From assembly GCA_944383345.1 (NCBI GenBank), contig CALWPE010000092.1, positions 1-35,830 of the forward strand: a stretch of 35,830 nucleotides of DNA, in the 5' to 3' direction. Below the pieces are notes generated by a model. That model saw nothing but the letters and a program-made list of their open reading frames with translations. It was not told the origin of the DNA and did no database searches. The stretch is from an uncultured Clostridia bacterium. GTDB taxonomy: Bacteria > Bacillota > Clostridia > Christensenellales > UBA1242. The position numbers and the translations under genes are program-made. This document shows, in pieces, positions 16,657 through 25,616 of the stretch; position 1 is the first letter of the stretch, and each line of letters begins with the position of its first letter.

Positions 16657-17358
16657 TTATTTTTCAAAAAACTGTTTTTCAATTAAAGTTTTTTGTGTAA
16701 ACGAAAACATACCATCGTTACCAATAATGATATTATCAACATACATTAGCCCAATAGTCGCAAAAAATGTGCATAAACTTGCATAAGCATCATAATCTGC
16801 TTGGCTAGGTGAGGCACTTCCTAAAGGATGATTGTGAGCAGTTATAACTGATGTTGCGTTGTTGTATATTACTGATTTTGTAATTTTTAGTTTTTCAAGT
16901 TTGACTTGTTTTATATTCCCAGTTGATAAAATTTCATAAGTTTGAAATGTAGAATTTTTATTTATATAAGCGATTACAAACACTTCGTTTGTTAAACCTT
17001 TAAAGATGTTAGTAAAATATTTATAAACATCACCCATGGTTTTGCAAGAATAGGAGTGTTTGTTTTTATCTTTTATGTAAATTTCAAAAATTTGTGGAAG
17101 ATATGTAATCATTTTTGCAGTGACATCGCCTACGCCTTCCACTTCTTTCAATGCAAGATAACTTGCATCTAAAATTTTTGATATAGAACCGAACTTATTT
17201 AAAAGTGCATGAGCAATTTCGTTGGTATCTCTTCTTGCATTGGACATTGTCAAAATTTGTTCAACAATTTGTACATCGGTTAAAGATTCAAGTCCAACTT
17301 TATCTATTAAATTTCTAAGCCTGTTTCTATGTCCAGAGTGCACATTTTTGTCTTTCAT
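16657..17358 (-). CDS. radC: RadC-family JAB/MPN domain protein
   Basis: HNHPLGSASPSQAD matches the JAMM-like motif HxHPxGxxxPSxxD. The N-terminus has a GHRNRLR and helix-hairpin-helix region. I chose ATG 17358 over the track's TTG at 17394; neither has a clear SD. Confidence 0.85.
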   Translation of the reverse strand: MKDKNVHSGHRNRLRNLIDKVGLESLTDVQIVEQILTMSNARRDTNEIAHALLNKFGSISKILDASYLALKEVEGVGDVTAKMITYLPQIFEIYIKDKNKHSYSCKTMGDVYKYFTNIFKGLTNEVFVIAYINKNSTFQTYEILSTGNIKQVKLEKLKITKSVIYNNATSVITAHNHPLGSASPSQADYDAYASLCTFFATIGLMYVDNIIIGNDGMFSFTQKTLIEKQFFEK

Positions 17359-17447
17359 ATGTTGAATTATATCAAGCAACGAAAAATGTTGCAAGCATTT
17401 GACAACACAAAAATAATATGTGATACTTTGAGTATAAAGGAGTAACT

Positions 17448-18284
17448 ATGAAAATAGCAATATCATGTGATTCAACTTGCGACATACCTAAAAATTTAAT
17501 TGAAGAGTATGACATTCACTTAATGCCAATAACAATACTTCTTGGAAGTGAAGAGCGAAAAGATGGAATAGATGTAACAGCGCAAGATGTGTTTGACTAT
17601 GCAGATAGAACTGGAGAACTTGCAAGAACATCGGCAGTAAATGTTTATGAGTATTTGGAGTTTTTCAAAAAACTTAGAGAAAGTTATGATGCAGTAATTC
17701 ACTTTTCATTATCTTTTGCAATATCTTCAACGGGAACAAACGCACTTAATGCAAGCCACGATGTTGACAATGTGTATGTCATAGACACAAAAAGTTTGTC
17801 AAGTGGTAGTGGACTTTTAGTGCTTAGTTGTGTTGACAAGATAAAAGAAGGAAAGGACATAGACACAATAGTTAGCGAACTAAAAGCCGAGGCAGACAAA
17901 GTTCAGGCATCTTTTTTGGTTGATACATTGAAATACTTGCATAAAGGTGGTAGGTGCTCAAGTATTGCGCTACTTGGTGCTAACATTTTGCAAATCAAGC
18001 CAAGGATAAGTTTGGTTGATGGAAAAATGGAGATGACAAAAAAGTATCGTGGAAAAATAAGCGATGCACTTTTAAAGTACTTTGATGACATTTTAAAAGA
18101 AGTTCCACCAGACAAACGCCGTGTTTTTGTCACATATTCAAGTAGTGTTGAGCCAGCAAGAACAATCATACTTGAGAAACTAAAAGAAATGGGCTTTGAA
18201 GAAATTTTGGAAAGTAGTGCTTGTGCAACGATAAGCACACACTGTGGACCAAAGACACTTGGTGTTCTATACATAGCAAAATAG
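17448..18284 (+). CDS. DegV-family fatty-acid-binding protein
   Basis: Starts MKIAISCDSTCDIP, followed by ...MPITILLGSEERKDGIDV, and has the typical length of 278 aa. SD is AAGGAG. Confidence 0.85.
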   Translation: MKIAISCDSTCDIPKNLIEEYDIHLMPITILLGSEERKDGIDVTAQDVFDYADRTGELARTSAVNVYEYLEFFKKLRESYDAVIHFSLSFAISSTGTNALNASHDVDNVYVIDTKSLSSGSGLLVLSCVDKIKEGKDIDTIVSELKAEADKVQASFLVDTLKYLHKGGRCSSIALLGANILQIKPRISLVDGKMEMTKKYRGKISDALLKYFDDILKEVPPDKRRVFVTYSSSVEPARTIILEKLKEMGFEEILESSACATISTHCGPKTLGVLYIAK

Positions 18285-18291
18285 CCTAAAA

Positions 18292-18327
18292 CCCTGTATT
18301 TATATGAAAATGCAGGGATTTTTTTTT
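18292..18327 (+). terminator. Rho-independent terminator after the degV-family gene
   Basis: Stem CCCTGTATTT pairs with AAAATGCAGGG, followed by a run of 9 T. Confidence 0.75.
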
Positions 18328-18337
18328 ATAAAATAGT

Positions 18338-18365
18338 TTGAAAAAATTATAAAGTAGGGTATAAT
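18338..18365 (+). promoter_or_regulatory. Promoter for hup
   Basis: TTGAAA (18338-18343), a 16 nt spacer, then TATAAT (18360-18365). Confidence 0.6.
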
Positions 18366-18412
18366 TACTATACTTAAAGCGTGCTTTAAGAATTTAATTA
18401 AAGGGGACAAAG

Positions 18413-18685
18413 ATGAACAAAGGAGATTTTATCAGAGCAATGGCAGACAATGCCGGTGTTACACTTAAAGAGGCAAATGTTGCATATGACGCATTTGTTA
18501 AGGCTGTAACAGATGCTTTGAAGGCTGGCGAAAAAATCCAACTTGTTGGTTTTGGAACATTCGAAGTTCGTGCAAAAGCAGCAAGAGAAGGTATAAACCC
18601 TCAAACAAAAGAGAAAGTTAAAATCGCTGCAAGCAAAGCGCCAGTTCTTAAATTTGGAAAAGCGTACAAAGACCTTTTTAACTAA
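18413..18685 (+). CDS. hup: Histone-like DNA-binding protein HU
   Basis: MNKGDFI...GEKIQLVGFGTFEVRAKAAREGINPQTKEKVKIAASKAPVLKFGKAYKD, 90 aa. Confidence 0.96.
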   Translation: MNKGDFIRAMADNAGVTLKEANVAYDAFVKAVTDALKAGEKIQLVGFGTFEVRAKAAREGINPQTKEKVKIAASKAPVLKFGKAYKDLFN

Positions 18686-18704
18686 TCCAAATTTCCTTAA
18701 AAAC

Positions 18705-18738
18705 AAAGCCCACAAATTTTGTGGGCTTTTGTTTTTTT
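18705..18738. terminator. Bidirectional terminator between hup and the convergent gene
   Basis: Stem AAAGCCCAC (18705-18713) pairs with GTGGGCTTT (18721-18729), with A-rich and T-rich flanks. Confidence 0.85.
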
Positions 18739-19489
18739 ATTCATCTTTTTGAGATTTAAGTTCTTGAAGTTTTATCTTTGCCTGTTTCTTGTCAAGTTTG
18801 GCTTGTTTTGTGTCTATTTTTCTTGTAATCTTTTTTGCGTGTTCATAGGTGTTGTCATGAATTTCAATAAATTCTTTGCAATATTTTTTTATTGAATCAT
18901 TGAAACTTATAAACTCATTTTTGTACTGCTCAGGGCCAATCATTTTAATTGTCATACCTTGCGAATGTTGTTTTCGCTTAGTTTCATAATTTTCATATTT
19001 TGTTTCTTCATGACACATATATGCACGAAAACCAGTACCACTAATCACTTTGTAGACATTGGCACTTGTAAATACGCCAATTTTTGGTATGGCATTTTTT
19101 ATGACATTTTCAACATCAATAGAAAATGGTGTTGAAAATAAACTTTTAATTCCATCAACAAGATAAAAGGCATGGTCTTTTATTGTGTCTTTTACTCCAA
19201 CTTTGTGTGAGAATATTTTTTGCGTTGCAATCTTTGAAAGGCTCGCAGAAGGAGCAACTTTAAAAAATACACGGTCACCCTCTTGTACACGAGAAAGCAC
19301 TACACCTGCTTTGTACAACAAATCGTTTGGTGTATCGTAAAAAATTTCAGAACTTTTTACAGTACCAGCAAAAGCGAATTTGTAAAATTTTAAAATGTTT
19401 TGCAAAGCGAAAACTTTTTCAAAAGGTTTGGTTGTTAGTGCTTCATATTTTACAACATCATCGTTTTTGAGTTCAACAAATTTACCCAT
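18737..19489 (-). CDS. Hypothetical protein, possibly a degenerate CYTH-like domain with a Lys-rich coiled C-terminal tail
   Basis: SSEIFYDTPNDLLYKAGVVLSRVQEGDRVFFKV resembles the CYTH pattern 'YfDtp...L...g..LRiR'. The N-terminal ExExK signature is not intact. SD is GAGG. Confidence 0.45.
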   Translation of the reverse strand: MGKFVELKNDDVVKYEALTTKPFEKVFALQNILKFYKFAFAGTVKSSEIFYDTPNDLLYKAGVVLSRVQEGDRVFFKVAPSASLSKIATQKIFSHKVGVKDTIKDHAFYLVDGIKSLFSTPFSIDVENVIKNAIPKIGVFTSANVYKVISGTGFRAYMCHEETKYENYETKRKQHSQGMTIKMIGPEQYKNEFISFNDSIKKYCKEFIEIHDNTYEHAKKITRKIDTKQAKLDKKQAKIKLQELKSQKDE

Positions 19490-19606
19490 AAGAAACCTCA
19501 GCTACTTTATTGTAAGTAATTTTTAAAAAAAAATCAAGCAAATGAAGTATATGTTGTTTTTTTGTTGAAATAATAGTTATTTTTGTGTTTTAATATATTT
19601 GTACAA

Positions 19607-21112
19607 ATGAAAATAAATTATAGACCTATTTTTTATTTTGCTGTGATGTTTGCCTTTGGACTTTTAATGGCAAAATATTTTATAAATATTTCAATTTTAC
19701 ATTTTATTTTTATTTTTCTTGTTTTTTCTTTTGTATTTTTTATTTGCATAAAATACAAGTATTTTAAAAGACTAACAATTCTTTGTTTGGCATTTTTAAT
19801 TGGTGTTTTTTATTTTATCAGTGGTGCAACAATATTTATGCAAGATGAAATTATTGGAGATGTTCACATAAATGGCAGAATAAAAAGTGCAACATATAAT
19901 TCAAATTTTTGTTCTTATGTTTTAGACGATATTAAATTAAACAATCAATCAAAAAATTTTTGTATAAGTTTGGTTGTGTATGGTGGAAGTGATATAGATG
20001 TTGGAAGTGTTATTACCTTTGAAGAAAAATTACAAGCAGTTGATATTTTTGACAAAGAAGATGATTATTCAACTTATTATTATAAACTCAATGCGCCATA
20101 TAGATGTACTACTACATACGACAACATTGAAAAAATAGAAAGTGGCTACACAAAATTAAATGAAAGTGTGGTAAATAGTTTTTATGAATACCTAACTACA
20201 ATTTGTGACGAAGATATGGCAGGATTTATCACTTGCGTTATATTTGGCGATAAAACGAATGTTTCGCCAGATATTGAGAGTTCTTATCTTGAAAGTGGAA
20301 TGTCACACCTTTTGGCTGTAAGTGGTATGCACATAGTAATTTTAGTTGGGATATTTACATTTTTTCTAAACAAATTACATTGTAAAAAGTGGATAAATTT
20401 TCTTGTGATTTTAATTCCATTAACATTTTTTACATATCTATGCGACTTTGCACCAAGTGTTGTAAGGGCGCTTGTTATGAGTTTGGTATTTTCTTTTTCA
20501 AGTGCAATAGGAAAGAAATATGACAGACTAAACAGTTTGGCGCTTTGTGCAATGATTATTCTTTGCATAAAACCACTTTACATTTTTGATTATGGATTTT
20601 TACTTAGTTTTTTGTGCATATTTTGTATATTCACTCTCACAAGACCTTGCACTAAAATGTTCCAAAAAATTGGTGCAAAAAGTTTGTCAAAACCTCTTGG
20701 ACTTACTTTTTCGGTTCAACTTGGCTTAATACCCGTACTTATGACAATCTCGTCTAGTTTTAATATATTATCTTTAATTATAAACCTTTTGTGTGTTCCT
20801 ATTTTTGAATTTGCCTTTGTTTTAACTTTGGTTGTTGTTCCACTGTGTATGGTCTTTCACTTTATGTCTTTTATGTTTACTTTTGTGCAGTTTATATATT
20901 TTTGTGTGACGCAACTTGCAAAAATAGTAAGTGGAATATCTTGGGCATATATACCACTTATTGATTTAAAAGATATATTTGCTATATGTTGTTACACTGG
21001 AATATTTTGCTCATCAAGATATGTAAAGGCAAATATTAAGATAAAAACAGTTGCCGTAAGTATTATATTTTTGTTTGCTCTTGTTTTTGGTGGAGCGATG
21101 TTTTTAATTTAA
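19607..21112 (+). CDS. comEC: ComEC/Rec2-family DNA internalisation channel, lacking the C-terminal metallo-beta-lactamase domain
   Basis: Polytopic membrane protein with LESGMSHLLAVSGMHIVIL, the competence-domain signature. I chose ATG 19607 (MKINYRPIFYF) over the track's upstream alternative start at 19583. Confidence 0.8.
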   Translation: MKINYRPIFYFAVMFAFGLLMAKYFINISILHFIFIFLVFSFVFFICIKYKYFKRLTILCLAFLIGVFYFISGATIFMQDEIIGDVHINGRIKSATYNSNFCSYVLDDIKLNNQSKNFCISLVVYGGSDIDVGSVITFEEKLQAVDIFDKEDDYSTYYYKLNAPYRCTTTYDNIEKIESGYTKLNESVVNSFYEYLTTICDEDMAGFITCVIFGDKTNVSPDIESSYLESGMSHLLAVSGMHIVILVGIFTFFLNKLHCKKWINFLVILIPLTFFTYLCDFAPSVVRALVMSLVFSFSSAIGKKYDRLNSLALCAMIILCIKPLYIFDYGFLLSFLCIFCIFTLTRPCTKMFQKIGAKSLSKPLGLTFSVQLGLIPVLMTISSSFNILSLIINLLCVPIFEFAFVLTLVVVPLCMVFHFMSFMFTFVQFIYFCVTQLAKIVSGISWAYIPLIDLKDIFAICCYTGIFCSSRYVKANIKIKTVAVSIIFLFALVFGGAMFLI

Positions 21113-21145
21113 TTGAAAAAAAATTTTTTGCGTGGTAAACTATAA

Positions 21146-22090
21146 ATGATGGTTTTTAGTGAGTTTATAGCACAACAAGATTTTAAAAATTTATACCTTT
21201 TTCAGGGCGATGCGTATTTAGCACAAAAAGGTATAGATTTTATATGTCAAAAACAAAATATTAAAAGTTTTGACATATCATTTTTTAACGATGAAAATTT
21301 TGACGCACAAGCAATGGTTACTGCGTGCGAGCAGATGTCTTTTTTTGCAGAAAAAAGGCTTGTTGTGGTTAAGGACTTATTAAAACTAACTGAGAAAGAT
21401 AAAAAACTTATCACCGAATACACAAAAAAGATAAATCCACTTTGTATACTTGTTTTTATTGACACTTTTAAAAGTGGAATTTTTGATTTCGTCAGCAAAG
21501 ACAAAGTGGAACTTAAACTTTTGCCAAACGAGTTGAATCAATTTGTTTATAGCGAAGCCAAAAAGACAAATCATATATTTGACAAAGAAGCAATATTTGC
21601 ACTCATAAATTTTTGCAATGATGATTTATCTAAAATGGTAATTGAAATTAAAAAGATTTGTGACTTTAAGGGGGAGAGTGAAAACATAACAAAACAAGAT
21701 GTTAAACTTTTAGTACATAAAGATGAAGAAGCAGGAGTTTTTGACCTAACCAATGCACTTGGTGAAAAAAATGTTTCAAAGAGTTTGCATATCTTGGCGC
21801 AAATTATGGGTGGAGTGGAACAAAATAGCAAAATTTTTGCACTGCTATCCACACAGATGCGAAGGATGTTTTTTATTGTCACTTCAAAAAAATCAGACAT
21901 TGAACTTGCAAACATATTTCAAGTTAAACCTTTTGCAGTAACAAGTTTAAGAAGAAGTGCAAAAAACTTTTCAGCAAAAAAATTAAAAGATATTTTATAT
22001 GAACTTGAAGATGTTGAATATATGCTCAAAAATGCTATGTTTAGTCAAGAAAATGCACTTTACTACATGGTGACATATATTTGTAATTAA
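21146..22090 (+). CDS. holA: DNA polymerase III delta subunit
   Basis: The N-terminus has the ...LYLFQGDAYL... pattern, the length is 314 aa, and comEC-holA ... rpsT synteny is conserved in Firmicutes. Confidence 0.75.
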   Translation: MMVFSEFIAQQDFKNLYLFQGDAYLAQKGIDFICQKQNIKSFDISFFNDENFDAQAMVTACEQMSFFAEKRLVVVKDLLKLTEKDKKLITEYTKKINPLCILVFIDTFKSGIFDFVSKDKVELKLLPNELNQFVYSEAKKTNHIFDKEAIFALINFCNDDLSKMVIEIKKICDFKGESENITKQDVKLLVHKDEEAGVFDLTNALGEKNVSKSLHILAQIMGGVEQNSKIFALLSTQMRRMFFIVTSKKSDIELANIFQVKPFAVTSLRRSAKNFSAKKLKDILYELEDVEYMLKNAMFSQENALYYMVTYICN

Positions 22091-22128
22091 AAAAAATCTC
22101 AAACGCCAAAAGCATTTGAGATTTTTTA
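22091..22128. terminator. Bidirectional terminator
   Basis: AAAAAATCTCAAA-(loop)-TTTGAGATTTTTT, between convergent genes. Confidence 0.8.
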
Positions 22129-22135
22129 TTTTGTG

Positions 22136-22765
22136 TTACTCTGCTATAGATTCAAAAACAACATCAACATTGTTTAAGAAGTTCTGGAATTGCTCATCAA
22201 AGTTTTGTAATGTGTAAACAAGTTTAACGCAAACAGTTTCACTTTGTGGAATAACAATTTGGTCAATGTTTACTGTGTTTTGATTTGTACCATCTAAAGT
22301 TATAAGTTCTACAGTTTCAAGTTCTTCAAGGTCAGCTGCCTGAGCATATTCTGTTGTAAATTTTTGGGCTGGGTCGTATGCAAGTTCTCTAAATTCAACC
22401 CCAAGCGCACGCTGACTATTTAAGTTTTCAATAGTGAAAGTCAATGTAATTACAGTTTCTGTGGAACTAAAATTTGTTTGTCCAAGAGACCATGAAGGTA
22501 TAACCATCTTTTCATCAAGGTAAGCATCTTCATTATCACGAGTGATTTGGAAGTGATGAGTTGCCTCAAACCCTTCATCAAGAGCAGGGCCAGTATACTC
22601 TGCGTCTACCTTTACAAAGACATTGTCGTCACCACTATCAAAAGATACAGTGTTTGAAACACCAGAATTGCTTACAACTATTGAATAAACTCCGAATGTT
22701 AAAAGTGCCAAACTTAAAACAAGCATGACAATCACTAGAGTTAGCCTAACATATTTTGAATTCAT
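22136..22765 (-). CDS. Secreted ~209-aa protein, a paralogue (P1) of the two small proteins next to the SipW-like peptidase
   Basis: ATG 22765 follows AAGGAG by 5 nt, whereas the track's GTG at 22771 overlaps the SD. It has a signal-anchor followed by FGVYS. It shares ordered motifs with 31698..32321 and 32683..33321 (see findings). Confidence 0.7.
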   Translation of the reverse strand: MNSKYVRLTLVIVMLVLSLALLTFGVYSIVVSNSGVSNTVSFDSGDDNVFVKVDAEYTGPALDEGFEATHHFQITRDNEDAYLDEKMVIPSWSLGQTNFSSTETVITLTFTIENLNSQRALGVEFRELAYDPAQKFTTEYAQAADLEELETVELITLDGTNQNTVNIDQIVIPQSETVCVKLVYTLQNFDEQFQNFLNNVDVVFESIAE

Positions 22766-22853
22766 AACCACTCCTTAACTTGACTTTAGTATAAACCAAA
22801 TGTAAAAAAAAACAAAACATTTTTTTGTATATTGACAAAAATACAAAAAATAG

Positions 22854-22882
22854 TTGCAAAGAACATTTTGTTATGCTAAAAT
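22854..22882 (+). promoter_or_regulatory. Promoter for rpsT
   Basis: TTGCAA (22854-22859), a 17 nt spacer ending in TGc, then TAAAAT (22877-22882). Confidence 0.6.
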
Positions 22883-22920
22883 ACCACCGATTAAGTGATT
22901 ACAAAGTAAAGGAGAAACAA

Positions 22921-23184
22921 ATGCCAAACATAAAATCAGCAATAAAAAGAGTAAATGTAAACAAGAAAAAAAATCTTGGAAACAAGTCAGTTAAATCACA
23001 AATAAACACCGCAGTTAAAAAGTTTGAAGAAGCTGTTGCACAAAAAGATGCTGAATCTGCAACAAAACTTTATGCTGAGGCAGTTTCTGTAATTGATAGT
23101 GCAGCGAGCAAAAAAGTTATTCACAAAAACACTGCATCGAGAAAGAAATCTAGACTTGCTGTTAAATTACATTCTATAAAGTAA
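22921..23184 (+). CDS. rpsT: 30S ribosomal protein S20
   Basis: Starts MPNIKSAIKRVNVNKKKN... and is 87 aa. SD AAGGAGA lies 6 nt upstream. The track's 22825 start is an upstream alternative-codon extension that spans the promoter. Confidence 0.95.
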   Translation: MPNIKSAIKRVNVNKKKNLGNKSVKSQINTAVKKFEEAVAQKDAESATKLYAEAVSVIDSAASKKVIHKNTASRKKSRLAVKLHSIK

Positions 23185-23196
23185 GAATAAAAAAAT

Positions 23197-23227
23197 AAGA
23201 TACGGCTTTTATAGCCGTATTTTTTTA
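23197..23227 (+). terminator. Rho-independent terminator after rpsT
   Basis: Stem ATACGGCT (23200-23207) pairs with AGCCGTAT (23213-23220), followed by a T-run. Confidence 0.85.
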
Positions 23228-23263
23228 TCAAATTGGGTATAGACATAAATATAATATTGTGAT

Positions 23264-23297
23264 ACTATTTATTATACCTAACTATTTATTGTACCTA
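23264..23297 (+). repeat. Two tandem 17-bp direct repeats (ACTATTTATTATACCTA / ACTATTTATTGTACCTA)
   Basis: The units abut exactly (23264-23280 and 23281-23297) and differ at one position. They end 11 nt before the SD of the M16 peptidase gene. Confidence 0.8.
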
Positions 23298-23319
23298 AAA
23301 TGTAGGACAAGGAGAGATT

Positions 23320-25125
23320 ATGCCAATTTCAAAATATCATAGGGTTTATAGATTCCCTAACGGAGCAACACTAATTTATTTTAAACACAATGTCGACAAC
23401 ACAACAAGATTTTTTGGTGGGTTTATAAGTGGCGCAGCAAAAGACAAAATAAAAGGTACTGCACATTTTGTGGAACATATAATGTCAGACCTTGCAGGCA
23501 AAAGAAGTATTGCAAGCAGAGAAGATATCAATACAAATGCATTCACTACACAAAATTATGTAGCATTTTATTTGGATGCACCAAATAAACATATTGTCGA
23601 TGCAATTGACCTTTTAGAAACAATGACTTTTAATAACAAATTTGACGAAGATGTTGTTGAAAACGAAAGAAAGGCAATTTTACAAGAGAGACTTTTATAT
23701 ACAAATCAACCATCATACATAAATAATTTGTATTTCAAAACATATTCAGCGTTAGATATTCTTGGAAACGATAAAGATATAGAAAGTATTAAAATAGACG
23801 ATTTAAAAAATTATAAAGACCAAAATTTTGTTTCTCAAAACTATGTTTTGTGTGTTACAAGTAGTTTGCCATTTTCAGAAATAAAAGAAATGGTTGAAGA
23901 TAACATAATTGCAAAACTTCCAAGTGATGCAAGTAAAAAGAATTTACCAGATAGGGCGATTGACCTTAGACCAATGAGCCATTTTGTTTATGCACCACAA
24001 CCAAACATAAAAACGGTTACAATCACTGCGGTTATAAAAGCAAACGCAACACTTGAAAGGACACTTATTTATAACAATGTTGATGAGTTTGTATTCAATG
24101 ATTCGTTCTCCGGATTACTTCTCAAAAAATTTAGAACAGAGAAAGGTCTTGTATATTTTGCAGGACTACATTCTGAGATGGGAGATAAAGACAATGTGTT
24201 CAAAATCTTCACAATCACAACAAGTAAAGATCATGTCAACGAAGTTATCGAAACACTTGGCGAAGTTTTGGAAACTGCAAGAAAGGGAATAAGTGCTGAA
24301 AAATATAATGATTATATATCAAAATTAAAAACCATTGAAGAAGATAGAAGAGTTGTACAAAAATATTTGGACCCAAGAACAATGTTTACAAGATATGTAG
24401 ATAACGAACAGTTATGGTTTAATAATCCCGTTCATAAAGCAGTAAAACTAACACGAGAGCAAATAAATTCATATTTGAAAAATACATATCAATACAAACC
24501 TGTTGTATTTAATATCGTTGGAGATTTTGATGTGTTACAAACATATCAGCCAGGTGATATACAACAACTTTTGAAATCAAAACCATTTGAATTTATAAAA
24601 ATACAATCAGCAGATGGAACAAATTATCAATATTATTCAATGCGCACAGGTCAAGAGGTTGACGACACTGTAATTAAAAAAGAGGACAAAGCACATATTT
24701 GTGTTTGTACAATACTTCCTCCACCACAAAGCGATTTTGAAAGAATAATGTCAGCAGTTGCCCAACTTTCTAACACACAAAAGGCTTTGTATATTGAGAA
24801 CCTATCAAGAGAACTTGGACTAGATAACCTTGAGAAATCTTTAAAAGAACTTAAGAAGAAAAAAGATAGCATTGAAAAATTTGCAAGAATCTTAAATGTT
24901 AAAATCAATTTAGATACTGGAGAAGTTGTTGATATAACAGAACAAAACAAAGAAAGAAATAAAAATGTTGATGAGAGATTAAAGAAGTATTTAAATAAAA
25001 CATTTAAAGAGAGATTAAAACTGATTGAAAGGTATGCAAAAGATTTGGAAATAGACCTTAACTTTGATTTTCCAGAGAGTCAAGACGAAAATCAAGTTCA
25101 AAATGACGACTCATACGAGAGATAA
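23320..25125 (+). CDS. M16 (pitrilysin/insulinase) family zinc peptidase with a ~150-aa charged C-terminal extension
   Basis: GTAHFVEHIM provides the HxxEH zinc motif, with a downstream ENERKAILQE glutamate box. SD is AAGGAGAG. Confidence 0.75.
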   Translation: MPISKYHRVYRFPNGATLIYFKHNVDNTTRFFGGFISGAAKDKIKGTAHFVEHIMSDLAGKRSIASREDINTNAFTTQNYVAFYLDAPNKHIVDAIDLLETMTFNNKFDEDVVENERKAILQERLLYTNQPSYINNLYFKTYSALDILGNDKDIESIKIDDLKNYKDQNFVSQNYVLCVTSSLPFSEIKEMVEDNIIAKLPSDASKKNLPDRAIDLRPMSHFVYAPQPNIKTVTITAVIKANATLERTLIYNNVDEFVFNDSFSGLLLKKFRTEKGLVYFAGLHSEMGDKDNVFKIFTITTSKDHVNEVIETLGEVLETARKGISAEKYNDYISKLKTIEEDRRVVQKYLDPRTMFTRYVDNEQLWFNNPVHKAVKLTREQINSYLKNTYQYKPVVFNIVGDFDVLQTYQPGDIQQLLKSKPFEFIKIQSADGTNYQYYSMRTGQEVDDTVIKKEDKAHICVCTILPPPQSDFERIMSAVAQLSNTQKALYIENLSRELGLDNLEKSLKELKKKKDSIEKFARILNVKINLDTGEVVDITEQNKERNKNVDERLKKYLNKTFKERLKLIERYAKDLEIDLNFDFPESQDENQVQNDDSYER

Positions 25126-25162
25126 ATAATCGCATATTACTCTATTTGTTGAAAATAAAAAA

Positions 25163-25196
25163 AGGGACTTTACATTTATGTAGAGTTCCTTTTTTG
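25163..25196. terminator. Bidirectional terminator
   Basis: A 12-bp stem (AGGGACTTTACA / TGTAGAGTTCCT, with two G-U pairs), loop TTTA, and A- and T-run flanks. Confidence 0.75.
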
Positions 25197-25227
25197 TTGT
25201 CAATAATAAAAAATTAAACATTTGCAA

Positions 25228-25563
25228 TTACTTTTTTTCAATATTGACACGCTTTATTAGCACAACATGTTTAAAGTCACGCTTTATTTGTTCATTTGTT
25301 GGGAAGAAAGGAAAGGGCATTTGCTCTTTTCGTGTTTGAATAACAAACTTTTTAACATGCTCTTTTAGATTTTTTTCGCAGTCCTTTGTGTTGTCTTCAA
25401 TTATGTCCTTCATAACAATTCCGGGAACAAAGCCATGTATTTTGCCATCTTCACGAGTAAAGACAAGTGGAATACTTATTTTTGTTTGTTCCTCTTTATT
25501 TTCAACTTTTTCAGTTTGAGATTTTTGTTCAAAAACAAAATTATTTTTTTTGATAAATGCCAT
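25228..25563 (-). CDS. Hypothetical protein (111 aa)
   Basis: ATG 25563 has GAAGG upstream, whereas the track uses an upstream alternative start. It is probably co-transcribed with the DUF378 gene. I recognise no secure motif. Confidence 0.55.
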   Translation of the reverse strand: MAFIKKNNFVFEQKSQTEKVENKEEQTKISIPLVFTREDGKIHGFVPGIVMKDIIEDNTKDCEKNLKEHVKKFVIQTRKEQMPFPFFPTNEQIKRDFKHVVLIKRVNIEKK

Positions 25564-25616
25564 AATGACCTTCTTTTTTTCAAGCAAAATATATCATAAA
25601 AACGATTAAAAATCAA

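Noticed and set aside
16653-16659. The stop codons of the ATPase and radC genes converge 1 nt apart with no terminator
   Set aside because: Tight convergent packing is common in compact genomes. Nothing in the sequence suggests a functional antisense arrangement.
17520-18715. Minus-strand ORFs inside the degV-family gene (17520..18274) and the 105-aa ORF 18398..18715 opposite hup
   Set aside because: They are antisense to confidently identified genes. The hup-antisense ORF spans the hup promoter and terminator.
25228-25563. A HicB/UPF0150-like antitoxin reading of the 111-aa protein (segment IPLVFTREDGKIHGFVPGIVMKD)
   Set aside because: The resemblance is limited to one short beta-hairpin-like stretch. 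There is no adjacent HicA-like toxin, and the neighbour is a DUF378 membrane protein. This is too weak to call.
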